Shown here piece after piece: positions 26,460 to 40,030 of a DNA stretch of 64,000 nt. Source of the DNA: Blasia pusilla (taxonomy: Eukaryota). Below the pieces are notes generated by a model, which made no database searches, was not told where the DNA came from, and saw only the letters and a program-made list of their open reading frames with translations. How positions within the stretch are numbered: position 1 is the first letter of the stretch; each line of letters starts with the position of its first letter. Made by a program: the position numbers and the translations under genes. Location of the stretch: assembly GCA_050084515.1 (NCBI GenBank), contig CM114271.1, positions 49,910,001 through 49,974,000 on the forward strand, read 5' to 3'.

Positions 26460-26557
26460 CATGTGGCAAATGGGTAGCAAGAAAATGTTTCCCCCTCTAT
26501 GGGCAGCAAGAAAATGATTTCCCTTCACTCTCGTGCATGGCAAGGGCTGCCCACTAG
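26460..26557 (+). mobile_element. Helitron 3' terminus (degenerate)
   Basis: CTCGTGCATGGCAAGGGCTGCCCACTAG|T: a hairpin remnant followed by CTAG. Confidence 0.5.
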
Positions 26558-26657
26558 TTATGATTAAGATTCCTCCCGACCAACTTTCAAGTTAATTTAA
26601 TTTATGAAGTAGTCATTTTTATCTTTTTAAGAATAACTTTTGTCCCACCATTCTTTC

Positions 26658-27430
26658 CTAGCAAGGTTTAAGTTACATGGAAGCGGACATCATGAACTTT
26701 GTCTACATGCCCGCATCCCAAGCCCGTGCGGGATGCGTGCATCCCGCACGGGCTTGGGATGCGGGGTAAGATTAAATGAGGCGGGGAAGAATCAAATGGG
26801 TGTGTAGGCTATGAGCCCTTGCCTAACCCACATCAAGCTTGCACACGTCCCACACTAACTTGCCTTAAGCCCGCATGGGCCTGCATAAGACTGGTAGGGC
26901 GGCTTGGGCCTACACACAAGGCCCGTGGCTGGGCCCACAGAAGGTATGCACTAGGAAAGCTCAAGGTCCGCCGCCCGTGCAGGGCCTACCCATAGGCCTT
27001 GAGCCCGCCTTGTCTAGACCCAACCCAACAGGCGGGCTAGATGCGGGCCTAGTCGCATGCCCAGCCTATCTATGAAGACCTGTCTTATGCGAGCGTGTCG
27101 TAGGCTAGTGTAGGCTTAGGGTAAGCCGGCGTGGGCAGGTGCAGGCTATAAAACAACTAGCAAGAATAGGCGACACGTTGGAAACATAGATCCGACTCGA
27201 TGCAGACCTTTGCGAGGAAGGTGTGGGCTTGTTGTGGCCTATGAAACGGGTGGCAAGAATGGGCAATGGGTTGCTGGCAATGGATTAGGTGCGGGCTAAC
27301 CAAGCGTAGGCCTATGTTGCGGGCGGCGCAGCCCAAGTACAGGCCGTAGACACCTGGGCTCGCACAGACATGTTCATCTTAGGGATGGACATAAGTTTGC
27401 GGACATAGACTTTGTCCATGTGCAACCTTG
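26658..27430. mobile_element. GC-rich non-autonomous hAT-like element with 8-bp TSD
   Basis: ATTCTTTC at 26650-26657 and 27431-27438. Imperfect CAAGGTT.../...AACCTTG ends. Many GCCCG/CGGGC motifs. Related copy at 46555-46947. Confidence 0.65.
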
Positions 27431-28186
27431 ATTCTTTCATTATCTTTTTTTTAAGTAGAAATTAATTTTCCCTCCAACCTAAACTTGAAAACTTATTTTA
27501 AAAATAATTTTGTTTAACATTAGCATTTGAACAAAGAGTTGAAAGCTGAGAAAAGATAATTAATACTCAAGAACATTTCATAACTATTGGAATTATTTCT
27601 AAAGGGAAAATTTAATATTTTTATGATTAAATTTTCATATAAATACTAATTCTTCCTTATCAAATTTAAATCTTAGTATTCTTAGTTTTTATAAATTTAA
27701 AATATTTATATATTTTTTATATGAGAGTGGTCATAATACGCGGGAGACTTAAGAAAATTTTCTGAATATTAAAAAATTTATTCAAGATTTAAAATTTGAT
27801 ATCTTTATTATATTTAAATTTTCATCTAATTTTTATTTATTAAAACTTAAATTTTAATATAATAACAAGAAAGTACACGAGGGAGACTTAGGGAAATTTC
27901 ATGAATATTGGAAATTTTCATGAAAATTCCTTTCTTTTTTAAATTAACATGAATATAAGTATCTAAAGTTTCTCCTATTCTACTTCTTAAGCTTAGTATA
28001 AGATAGAAGTAAATTCAAAATTCTAGAGATTCTTAAGTTTACTCTAAGAAAAAATAAATCCTAAGAGACTTGACTTATTTTAAAGCATATGTCATTTGTC
28101 ATTCAATGAAGTGACATGGCAAGAAGATACCATTCATTAATACAATGGATGACAATTAGTAGATATTAGTATATCTACCTATGCGA

Positions 28187-29400
28187 TGTCATCTTACATG
28201 GATGCAAGGCCACCTTCTAGTATATGGTCACCAATGTTATGTCGAAAATATCTTTCCAATAAGGTTTTCCAATTACTTTCATTAAAGGAAATATTTTCTC
28301 AAAATATCCAGCCGGTTTTCTTCCAATTGTTGGAATGTCACTCGATCCTTAAAGTTACCGTTTTTCATTTCCATCCATATTCTCAAATGCATTATATACA
28401 CTCCAAATTACTAGTTTATTTTAGTATGAGATCATATTCTCTTTGCAATCCGCCTCTTCTCTTTTTTGATTTGCCATCTTCACTAGATTAAAATTTGCAG
28501 AAGCTACACCATCCTCATAAATCTAGTTGATGGCCAAATCCCGTTCAAATAGCTTGTTAAATAAGGGCAAGGAGATTGATTTTACTTTTCTATCAAAGGA
28601 ACCTTGATGGGTAGTAGATAGCTTGGTTGTTGTAGAAGGAGGAGCTATTTTCAATACGAAGGATGATTCATTGATGTCATGTCTTTTAGGATGGATCGAC
28701 GAGTTTATAGTAGAGCGCCTTCAAGAAAAGTGGAGGACAACCTCATAAGTTCAAGGACGACTTGTCGAGGCCACATGTAGCGTGAGAGAGTAGGTTTCCC
28801 CTTTGTTTCCCCTCATTTGGAGCTATATCACAACACTTGCTATTTCGGGTAAGTTACCATTACGAGTACAGTTGACTTTCCATTTTGGGGAAGATCCTTT
28901 GACCTGCTACAACAAGTCAAAAACCTAAGAGATGACTTGCAATCCTAAGTTACCATAGAGAGATGTGGGGAAAGGGAAGGAGGCATTTCCAAGGAGACAG
29001 ATCTTTGGAGCTCATTCTTTATTTGTTGGACCTCTTGGCATGAGGCAGCGGAGTTATGGTCCTCCTTGCCTTGGGTCTGGTTGTGGCCTTCAAGTTTTGA
29101 CTCTTTGAGTCCCCCTCTTTTGTACTTCCGATGGATTTTCCATCACTTGTTTTTATCGAAGTGCATCTTTATCATCTTGCCTTGTTAGTAACTGAAGCCT
29201 CTCATTAATAGAGTAGGTTTGGTTTGACATGAGAGAGAGAGAGAGAGAGATTGTTGAGAGATCTTTCATTTAGTGGAGATATTTTGATACGCAATTGTCT
29301 TGATATTTAGATATCATGAGTTAGTATGGTATCTTGTATGTTTGAGTGTGTATTTGGTGACGGCCATGTATGTTGTATAGCGATGTATATGCGGATGACA
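28187..29400 (+). mobile_element. Solo-LTR-like sequence sharing the PHD-Gypsy LTR terminus
   Basis: TGTCATC...GATGACA. The last 35 bp or so match 19250-19285. No TSD found, so the left boundary is uncertain. Confidence 0.5.
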
Positions 29401-29611
29401 TTGAGTATCATAATAACTATTCCATTCCTTTCTAATCTTTTTAATTTTAGATTTAATTTTTTTGTCCCATGTTCTCTTTTGGTTCACTTAAAACACCAAT
29501 TTTGACAAATGTGGTGTTTTAGAAAACCCGGTTTTGTTCTAATATGATTATTACATTCTAGGACATAGTATAATGGGAGTACAACTTAGGTTTTACCCTC
29601 TTTGTCAACCA

Positions 29612-30240
29612 TGTTTATGGCTAAGGGTTTATGGCTTAGGGTTTAGGGTTTTTTTCTTAGGGGTTAGGGTTTAGGGTTTTTGTCCTAGGGATTAGGGTTT
29701 AGCGTTATTGGCTTATGGTTTATTTCTCGGGTGTAGGGTGTTTGGCTTACGGTTTTGGATTTTTGGCTTACGGGTTAGGGTATAGAGTTGTTGGCCTGAG
29801 GTTTAGGGGTTTTGTCTTAGGCTTTACGGATTTTGGCTTAGGGATTAGGGCTTAGGGTTTATTATCTAGGGTTTAGGGTTTATTGCTTAGGATTTAGGGT
29901 TTAGGGTGTTTGGCTTAGGGTTTAGGGTTTTTTTGCTTAGGGGTTAAGGTTTAGGGTTTTTGGCCTAGTGTTTAGAGTTTTTGGCTTAGGGGTTATATCT
30001 TAGGCTTCAGGGTTTTTGGCTAAGGGGTTAGGGTTTCTTGCCTAGGGTTTAGGGTTTATGGCTTAGGTTCTAGGGTTTAGGGTGTTTGGCCTTAAGTTAG
30101 GGTTTATGGTTTTCTGCTTGGGGGTTAAGGTTTAGGATTTTAGGCCTAGTGTTTAGAGTGTTTGGCTTGGGGGTTAGGATGTAGGGTTTTTGGGCTAGAC
30201 TTTAGGATTTTTAGCTTAAGGTTAGGGATTTTGGCTAGGG
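29612..30240 (+). repeat. Interstitial degenerate telomere-like array (TTTAGGG variants)
   Basis: Dozens of TTTAGGG/TTAGGG units interleaved with TTTTGGC-type spacers. Confidence 0.9.
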
Positions 30241-30599
30241 AGTAACTATGATTTAGAGTGTAGTCTTACTTAGGGAGACTCCGTTTTCATCTAAAGTCCA
30301 AATAGATGAATTAAACTACATGTTGCAAGCTGGAGCACGAATCTAGACAATAAAATTTAAAATGGGAAGAACATGGAATCCGATTCCAATTGTGAAAGCT
30401 TCTACAAAACAATTTTATTCTCCCAAAGACAATAGAAAAAATTTAAAATGGGAAGAACATGGAACAATAATTGTGTTGTTGTTACGATTCTTCAGTATTA
30501 GGTTAGTGCAAAAGTTAAGACTTTCAAAATTACAAAACAATTTTATTCAATAATCCATTTTTTTCACTACTATTCTTCTCCCATTTTCTTACATCCCAA

Positions 30600-33260
30600 T
30601 TTTGATATCTCCTACTTCGGGCTATGTTCCCTCTTCCGAATGTATTCAATGGCCATCAATACTGAATTCTGAAATTTGTATCTTCACCAACTCCAACTAG
30701 AACTTGTCACATCCATATAGCACATTTGTTTCTTTCTTGTCCTGGTCTAATTATGACAAAGTCTCCAACATTGAAATCTACCAATACAACTTTTGTTTCC
30801 TCCTTTGTTAACATATCAACTCTAGGCCTGAATCTAGTGGGCCCACAGTAGTGATCTCGATTTGGAGGAATTCCACTTCCAAAGTTAATAGGAACTTGAG
30901 TGTTGTGTGTGGTTAGAGGCCAAAAATCTTCCAATGTCTCAGAGAACGATGAAGCGATGTCATGGGCTATCAAATTGGTAGAAGAATCTTCATTTTCTGT
31001 TGTTTTGTGATTTAATCACAAGTTTTGAACCTTGTACTCAGAGTTTCTATGAGGAAACAATCGGTCCAATTCCTCCATCGTCTTCCTCCACTGCTGTGCT
31101 AGTTGTTGGAACTCCACCTTTGTGCCTCCAGAATACTTGCTTCCCATCTTATCAAAGTACTCAATGTATTGAGATACATCTTTCTTCACATCGGAAAATG
31201 CCTTCAAGGATGTGGGCAAAAAGCGCTTTGGATTCCTAATAGGGATAAGAGGATGTCCAGTAATTTCATTATGTAAAAATACGTCATAACCACGCTCATT
31301 TGATAGCCACTCTTTATCCGAACCATACATCTTGTAATGCATGATGGGCATGCCATCCGGAGATCTAGTAAATTGGAATCGACATGGCTTCTACAATCCA
31401 TACCACTGATTTTTTTGTCTTAGGCCCGATGAAACCTTTCAAGTACTCCTTGAAGTCGGGAATGTCCTGAACCACTTGTGGTGCTGGATTCAGTGAGGTG
31501 GAGTTAAAAAATTGTGTCGCAAGATCTTTCAAGATGTATGCATTGTGTTGCCGCAAAGTTCGTGAGAACTTGCTAAACATAGCATCAACATCTTCGTGAG
31601 TGTTCCCGAGGATGAGAAAAGCCAAGTGAATCTCTTCGAATACCTCCCTGTGAACAAGAAGGGCCAAATACGCCATGATGTAAATATTTTTTTATCTTTT
31701 CCAGAGTTGTCCATTTGTAGATTCAGAATCTTAGGCAGCTTCCTTGGTCCCTCTTTGGCAGACTCCGTGAGCTTATAGGGTGCACAGAGTAATCCATCAA
31801 GATTTTCCCTCCCTTTTAAGAATCGACTGTGAAATGGAGTTAGGTCAGGCCCGTCCACGAATTCTTGTATTTCACCGTGGGGGTTTTCCAAACTCCGAAA
31901 CAACTTTGCCAATGATCCAATTGTCCAATTAGATCCTTGCTTGTAGACTCCTATGTCAAATTGAGCGATTGCACACGGTCCATGCCCATGAGTCAAGATA
32001 CCTGCAATAAGAAATAGAGTGAGTAAAAGTTAATTCAACTTAATATTCAAGTATCTAAGGAAGGTACCGTTTCTCCAAACTTGGTACGTGCGTCAAGTAC
32101 CACATGCGTCCACAAGTTCCATAAGGAAAAAAATTTAAGAAATGTTACGCCCTATGAGAACTTCAGTTTTGATTAATGGATCAAGCATAGACCGATCTCT
32201 TTCTCCTTAGGAAACACTTTTGGGTGTGGATTAAACATAGGAACTTAAGTCCTATTATATGAATTGGATCAAGATAGCCTGACAAACTTGCTAACTGTCA
32301 CTTACACCCTAAACCATTTTCTAGTATAATGGAGTGTTATTCCACAATATTTACTTGTACAAGTAACTAGAAACGGTTGAGCCAAAGCCAAATCTTTGGT
32401 TTGTTGCCACGCTCTTGGCAAACCTGTTTTGAAACTATCCATTTTGCCATGGATTAGGCAAAGATAAGACTCAGGATGGCACACGGATTCTACTTGCCAA
32501 GTGTAATATAAACTTCTTTGAGACCTTTGCAGGTCATCATGTTTGACTGCCCGTTCCTTAACAACAGCCTTCTCCTCGTTTGTCAATGTAGTATTTCCCA
32601 CAGACTTCAACATTGCACATATCGCATAGTTAGACAAATTATCACATGATTTGTGAATAGCAAAATTGGAGAAATTTTTTTTTATTCGATTGATAGTTGA
32701 TTATGAGACTTCTGCTAATCCCAATTTCCCTCCTTCCTTATTGACTACTTCTCGTATATACTTCTAAGAGAAAAATTGAGGCAATCGAATCAATTCCTCT
32801 CTTCTCCCATCTGACATTGTTCTTTCCTTGTGGGGCATCCGATCTCCAATCTCCTCATTTATCAGCTTGACCGTTTCCACCCTTGCGCCATCCTCTAGGT
32901 TATGCAATTTCTTCCCAGGTTCCCATGCTCGTCCGCGTCTTGCCATCTCTGACATTTCTTGCTTCATCCTCGAAACTTGTTTTTCCAAGACCATGGATGT
33001 GTCGCGAACCTGGAAAGCATACCGTTCTACCTTCCAATTGCACAACCCTTCCTCCATCAATGAAGTAAGATGAATGGACTATGGCGTGGAGTGATTCCCT
33101 TCTTTCCTGAAAGGATTTGTTCCAATACTTCTCTCTGCTTGAACGAACAACATCTTTCAGCGTATATTGACAACAAAATTGTCTGCAACAATTTTTCGAC
33201 GCAACTTATGATATATCTTCCTCTATTAGCTTTTTTGTTTTGTTTTAGTAGCTCGTGATA
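30600..33260 (-). pseudogene. DUF7869/Sola1-like DDD DNA transposase (decayed, intron-containing)
   Basis: CAIC..L, H...Q...R..Y, LCLIHGKMD, ILTHGHG, LNLQMDNSGKDK, FLILGNTHEDVDAMFSKFS. A GT-AG intron at 32354-32002 joins FLVTCT-S-ILTHGHG in frame. Frameshifts are present. The family name comes from motif recognition, not a search. Confidence 0.75.
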
Positions 33261-33375
33261 GACATCGCTTTTTACATCGATAAGTTTATGTGTAAGTTCT
33301 CTTCCTCTTGCCTGTTATTACTTCAACGGCCCCTTGAGACACGGTTGAACATTCCAAGTAGCATGTCCATAAGTC

Positions 33376-34320
33376 TCATCCATCTTTAGCAATGCAGGAT
33401 GCCGTAGGCCATATGACTAGGTTCCTTTCCAGAAGCTTGTAGCGTGTAAGACGGCTCGTGATGTTGGTAATGAATACACCAACATGGTGATCCCCTAGTT
33501 TTTGACCACCAACTTTTTCGTTTGGATTGACGTAGTGAACAATTCCCTCTCCGATATTTAGACATCCATCGTTCTCTGTAAGTTGCACCGGTGAAAGGAC
33601 TGATTCTATACGACCAATCATGGGAACCGCAACTTGTATGTTGATGGAGGTATTGCGGGCTGAGTGATTCCTCTTCCTAATATCCATGGTATCATTCTAT
33701 TTTTCTGTAATTAGATATCTGCCATATTTTGCAAACATTCCTAGCATATCTTATAGCCTTCTTCCATCCGGGTGGGTAGCTGGCTCGTAGTATGACTCAT
33801 CAACTATCACGCACACCCACGGTTTCCATTGGTCGTCAAAGAAGGACATAGATTGGATCTCATGTGAATCAAAGCTTTCGGCAATACGCAGTGAACCAAT
33901 AAGAAGCTTTGATCCCTTCGAATCTTTTAAGAAAACTTTCTTTGAATACTGTGTGGGGCAATGAGGCTCTCCTTCCACATCCTCACGTCCACCACATGTA
34001 TTCGTTGTTGTAACTCCATTACGAGGCCATGTGATGACTGCTCCAATGAAATCAGGAGAGGTTCTCCATTGTAAGTGCTTGTTGAACTTCCGAAGACTTC
34101 CTCCAGAGACATATAAAAGGAGTCCTTACCAAGTGGTATGCTATGGGCTATTCTCTCAAAATTGGTGTCCACAATTCTAGCTCTTCCAACAGAGATGGTG
34201 TTGGATTCTCAACATCCACTTCTCTAAGCACCATTAATCTGATCGGCCCCCTTGTATGAGGAGAAGCCTAGATTGATGGTTCCGACTTAGACGTCGAAGG
34301 AGTCATAGTAATATGACGTA
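33376..34320 (-). pseudogene. Fragmented ORF upstream of the transposase, possibly transposon-associated small domains
   Basis: Collinear minus-strand ORFs with HSIPLGKDSFYMSLE and IGEGIVHYVNPNEKVGGQKLGDHHVGVFI, reminiscent of Tnp1/DUF8039-type modules. Confidence 0.35.
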
Positions 34321-34849
34321 GGTGGTTTGAGGAGTAGCGTTACTAGGTTTATCTAACCCTTTATTGCATTAGGGTGCTGGGCACCCTAATGCGTCGCGGG
34401 GGTCCGGGGGCAGAGCCCTTGGTATGCCAAGATGACGCGGGGGCCCGGGGGTGCAGTCCTTGGTAAAATTTTTCTATTAATAGAAATGAAGAAAAATAGG
34501 TAAAAACCCTAGTTTTCCCGAGTAGTCAAATAGTCGGGAGCCGCAGCGGTAGCGCATTCTCGTATGTCGAGTTATCTCCCAATTCAGGTTCCATCGAAGC
34601 TCTTCTGTGAGCGCACGGACGCACTAGGCCACTTTGTATCTCTAAGTTTTGTAAAGATTTCAGTGATTTTGTCACTTTTTGTTTTCTCACAGATGGATGA
34701 TCCATCCTGTAGATACACTACATCATCGATGCAGAATTCCATTGCAAAAATCTGAGATCTGCACCATAACATCAAAGTGGCAATTAATTGTTAGACATAC
34801 TCCAAATGGAAAGTGGGTCAGAATTGTAATCATCTTATTGCACAGGGCA

Positions 34850-35850
34850 AATTGGAACTTTAGATCCATTCAGGAAGAGTGGCAACATGTAGGGTATGTC
34901 CGATTGGAACTCTGGTTTCGAATATGGAGATGTGCCATCCACATAATAAAGTCAGCAGAAAGTTCAACATAACCTGCTTTGCGCCAGCATTCTCTCACCT
35001 AGAGGTGATTGGGAATTGTAGTTCCCAATGACCTTCCCAACGGATATTGAGATCCCATTCGAAAGGACATCAGGCGCCTCTACGCGAGACGGGAACAGAC
35101 AACTTCCAACGAAATTGGATTGTTCCACTGACAGGCACACGGAGGGTCAAATGCCCTAGATTCGGATCTTAAGATCCGATCGAAATGTCACTGGACTATG
35201 GGTGAATTGGACCTTAAGATCCAATTGGGATGAGGAAGGGCAAGTCCGATTGGAACTCTGGTTTTGATTACTGCGAGGAGCCATCCCCCTTATAAAGTCA
35301 TCAAGGAGTTGAAAACAACTCCTTTGCGCATCTATTGCGATTTTGTGAATCGTGGGGTATCTGTTAAGAAGAAATGTGGATTGTTCGCTGGCAGGCACGC
35401 GGATGCCCGAATGACCATGAATTGGATCCTAAGATCCAAAATAAGCATCACAGGACAAAGGGCGAATTGGATGTTAAGATCCCGTCGGGAAGGGTGGATC
35501 TTAAGGTCCACTCTTAAGCACAGAAAAACGTCAGTCTCTAGCATAATTCTCCGACTGGAACTATAGTTTCGAATGGCCTTCCAATGGGCCGAATGCCCTA
35601 GATTCGGATCTGAAGATTGGATCAAAGGGTCATTGGACTCTGGGTAAATTGGACATTAAGATCCAATCAGGATGAGGAACGTCAAGTCCGATTGGCACTT
35701 TGGTGATCTTATGACGGATCTTAAGATCCCATTCGAAAGAACATCGGGCGTCTTTCCGCGTAAGTCTGAGATGGACAACTTGCCACCTGTTTGACAAACT
35801 CTCAACTGACTTTCTAAGGTGGACGTCACCTCGACACATTCGGATCTATA
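34850..35850. repeat. Degenerate internal repeats rich in GGATCTTAAGATCC-type palindromes
   Basis: Blocks repeated at 35051/35725, 35151/35592 and 35205/35646. Confidence 0.7.
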
Positions 35851-37089
35851 GTATCAATTAAAAGAATACCCTTGGTATTTGTCCGATATTATGGTAACCT
35901 CTATAAATCTATTCCAAAAATAGTATTGGAAATCACAAATTACGGAGTTTGCGTCACACTTACAGGTTTATTTGAAGGTGATCCGACTCTATATCAGGGT
36001 GATTTGCTTATCGAACGACGATGATCAAGCAAGATTTGAAGTTATAAATTGATTTGTTGGACTATCAGAGGCCCTCGTTATATACCAGTGTGTGTGGTTA
36101 GAGACCCAAAGTGGAATGGATTATAAAAGGAAATATGGCCTAGAAGAGGAAAAAATAGATGACTTATGTATAGAGCCCGTCCAAAGGTTCAATTCATAAG
36201 CTTACGATTTCTGAAGGGCTTATGTCTCTCGACTATGGTTATGATTGTGATCATGAGGTATAACACCCTAATGGATTGAAGAGAACGGTTGGGGAGGGAC
36301 AGAAGACGTTGGTAAACTGGGCTCACGAGGTTGGGTTGGAATTCTATGTAATCCTCGCTCATTCCATTAGAAAACCATTCCAATGGAATCAGCGAGGATT
36401 ATATAGGATTCCAAGTGAAGTCAGTTTGAGGTGATCGATCTGTGCCCTTTCGTCAATCTCAGCCATTGGTTTTCATAACGGGTTGAGGAGTGGCTCGGAT
36501 GATTTCAACATATATCATTTTCATCTAATGCGAGATATCTTTTCCTGACATAGATCCTGAATCAGTGACATCCAAATTTGAAATGGATATGAGTATTAGG
36601 TTAAGTAACGTAGGTGTGCTAACATGGATCTAATCTGGACCGCTAGTCAACCATTGAGTCTGTTCTGAATGACAAGTATAAGTAGCAACGTTTCCCTAGA
36701 TCATGTTTTTTGCTATCGATCTCTCTACACCGGAGGTGCAAAGCGCTTGCTCTGCAAGTGAGGGAAGAATGTGAACGCCCGGTTGTTGATCTTTTGTAGG
36801 TCGACGCAAAATTACAATCATGAGGTTCTTTTTTCTTCTCCTTTTGAATGCAATACTTTTGTTGTTGTCGATCTGGTCAACGGTGGAGTTCAATAGGAGT
36901 TCATTGTGATGTTAATTGCGGTAGGATAGTAAACGCCTCTCGGGGGGTTTCAGATACTATGACTTTCGAGCCTAAAGAGCGCACATCCAAACTAGTATAA
37001 TGCCCATCTAGATAGCTCCTTAGAGGTCTCGTAGAGTTCATTTTGGACTCCATTTATGAGTTGTAAGGCGTAGTTTCTCGTTCTCATTT

Positions 37090-40030
37090 CTAGCACTGGA
37101 GGGAACAGTTCCAGCAATTTGATTTAGAAACTTCAGTTTCGTATGCCTTAGTTTAGGGCTCCCTTATCGATTCTGGAACTGGAACGGCAGTTCCGATTGA
37201 TCCTCCTCCTCATTTTGACAAGTGGATCTTTACTTCCGATGGTGAGGCAGTAAGGAAAGAGGCCAGCGATTTGATTTGGGAACTACAATTCTAAATGCCC
37301 CCGTTTGGGCTTAGGGTTAGTGTCAGGAACCGGAACCTGAGTTCCGATTGATTCTCCTTCTGATTTCGAGAATTGGATCTCTAGTTCCGATAGCGAGGAA
37401 TCCGATAAGAAGGTTTGCAATCTCATTTGGGAACTACAATTCCGAAAGCAGCCGTTCAGGCTCAGTTGTCATGTGTGGAACCGGAACCTGAGTTTTGATT
37501 CATCCTCCTTCTCATTTCGAGAATGGGAACTAGAGTTACGATGGTGAGGTAGTAAGGAAAGAGGCCAGCGATTTGATTTTGGAACTACAATCCCGAAAGC
37601 CCTCATTTAGGTAGGGGCTCCCGTCTCTAGAATCGGAACCTAAGTTTTGATTGCTCTTCCTTCTAATTTTGAGAAATGGATTTAAAGTTTCGATCGTGAG
37701 GAAGTCGGGAAGGAGGGCGGGGAACTCATTTGGGAACTTCAGAGATGGACTCTCGTCTATGAAACCAGAACCTAAGTTTCGATTTATCCTCCTTCTCATT
37801 TCGAGAAGTAGATCTCTACTTCCGATGGTGTGGAAGTCGGGAACGAGACCCCCAATATCAACTTATGAAGTACACCTCCAAACATACCCGTTTGGGCTCA
37901 ATTGTTGTGTCAGGAACCTGAGTTCCGATTGATCTTGCTTCTCATTTCAAGAATGGGATCTATAGTGCCGATAGCAAGGAATCCAATAAGGAGGTCCACG
38001 ATCTCATTTGGGAACTACATTTCCGAGAGAAACGGTAGCCTAAATCCTAAACCCTAAATCCGTTTGGGCTCAGTTGTTGAGGATGGAACCGGAACCTAAG
38101 TTCCGATTCATCCTCCTTCTCATTTTGAGAAGTAGATCTAGAGTTTTGATGGTGAGGTAGTAAGGAAAGCGGCTGTTGATTTGATTTGGGAACTACAGTT
38201 CGGAAAGTAGCGGTTCAGGCTGAGTTTTCCTCTTTGGAACCAGAACCTGAGTTCTGATTGATCCTCCTTCTCAATTCGAGAACTCGAACTAGAGTTCCGA
38301 TGGTGAGGTAGTAAGGAAAGCGGCTGGAAATTTGATTTGGGAACTAGAGTTCCAAAAGCAGCGGTTTGGGCTGAGTTGTCCTCTTTGGAACCAGAACCTG
38401 AGTTTTGATTGATCCTCCTTCTCATTTCGAGAATCGGATAATTCTAGAGTTCCAATGGTGAGGTAGGAAGGAAAGAGGCCGGTGATTTGATTTGGGAACT
38501 ACAATTCCGAAAGACCTCGTTTAGTGATGGAATCTCGTGTATGGAACTAGAACCTGAGTGCCGATTGATCCTCCATTTAGTTTCGAGAACTCGATGTAGA
38601 GTTCCGATGGTGAAGATGCCGGGAAGGAGGACGGAAAACTCATTTGGGAACTAGAGTTCCAAAAGCACCCATTCGGGCTCAGTTGTTGTTAGAAGAACCG
38701 GAACTTGAGTTTTGATTCATCCTTGTTCTCATTTCCAGAATGGGATCTCTACTTCCAATAGTGAGGAATCCGATAATGAGGGCCGCGATCTCATTTGAGA
38801 AGTGGATCTCTAGTTTTGAAAGCAGCCGTTCGGGCTCAATTGTCGAGTCTGGAACCGGAATCTGAGTTGCAATTCATCATCCTTCTCATTTTGAGAAGTG
38901 GAACTAGAGTTCCAATGGTGAGGTAGTAAAGAAAGAGGCCGGCGATTTGATCTGGGAACTAGAGTTCCAAAAGCCCAGGTTTAGGTAGGGACTCTCGTCT
39001 CTGGAACCGGAACCTGTGTTCCGATTGATGCTCCTTCTCATTTCGAGAATTGGAACTAGAGTTCCAATGGTGAGGTAGTAGGGAAAGAGGCAGATGATCT
39101 GACTTGGGAACTACACTTTCGGAAGCCCTTGTTTGGGAAGGGACTCCCGCATCTGGAACCGGAACTTGTGTTTTGATTGATCGTGCTTCTCATTTCAAGA
39201 ACAGGATCTCTAGTGCCGATATTGAAGAATCCGATAAGGAGGCCGAAGATTTGATTATGGAACAACAATTCTGAAAGCAGTTGTTTGGGCTCTGTTGTCG
39301 AGTTTGGAACCAGAACTTATGTCCCGATTGATCCTCCTTCTCATTTCAAGAATTGGAAGTAGAGATCCGATGGTGAGTTAGTAAGGAAAGTGGCTAGTGA
39401 TTTGATTTCGGAACTAGTGTTTTAGAAAGCTCTGGTTTAGGTAGGGACTCCCGTTTCTGGAACCCGAAGCTGTGTTATGATTTATTCTGCTTCTCATTTC
39501 AAGAAGTGGGTCTCTAGTGCCGACAGTGAGGAATCCGACAAGGAGGCCGACGATTTGATTTGGGAACTATAGTTCCAAAAGGCCTCGTTTAGGTAGGGAC
39601 TTCCGTCTCCGGAACCAAAACCTGAGTTCCGATTGATCCTCCTTCTCATTTCGAGAGTGGATCTAGGGTTCCGATGGTGAGGAAGTCGAGAAGGAGGACG
39701 GTGATCCCATTTGGGAACTACACTTTCGAAAGCACCCGTTCGGGCTCAGACCTCGTGTCTGGAAACGGAACCTGAGTTCCGATTGATCATCCTTCTTGTT
39801 TCAAGAACTGGATCTCTAATTCCAATACTGAGGGTTCCGATAAGAAGGCCAGAAATCTCATTTGGGAACTACACTACCAAAAGTAGTTGTTCGGGCATAA
39901 TTGTCGTATCTGGAACTGGAACCTGAGTTCCAATTGATTCGAGAAGTGGATCTATAGTTCCCATTGTGAGGTAGCAGGCATAGAGGCCAATGATTGGATT
40001 TGGGAACTCTAGTTGTGAAAGCACGAGTTT
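37090..40030. repeat. Satellite array, about 151-bp monomer, about 19 copies
   Basis: A GGAACCGGAACCTGAGTTCCGATTGATCCTCCTTCTCATTTCGAGAA-type core recurs at 37331, 37482, 37634 ... 38241, 38392. Confidence 0.92.

Noticed and set aside
29612-30240. True chromosome end
   Set aside because: Internal, highly degenerate and flanked by complex sequence on both sides.
36050-36900. Possible Ulp1-like protease remnant (IPLWVSNHTHWY on the minus strand)
   Set aside because: Only one weak motif; no catalytic QxxxxDCG found.
37536-39926. Short ORFs within the satellite
   Set aside because: Translations of the repeat monomer with no frame kept across units.
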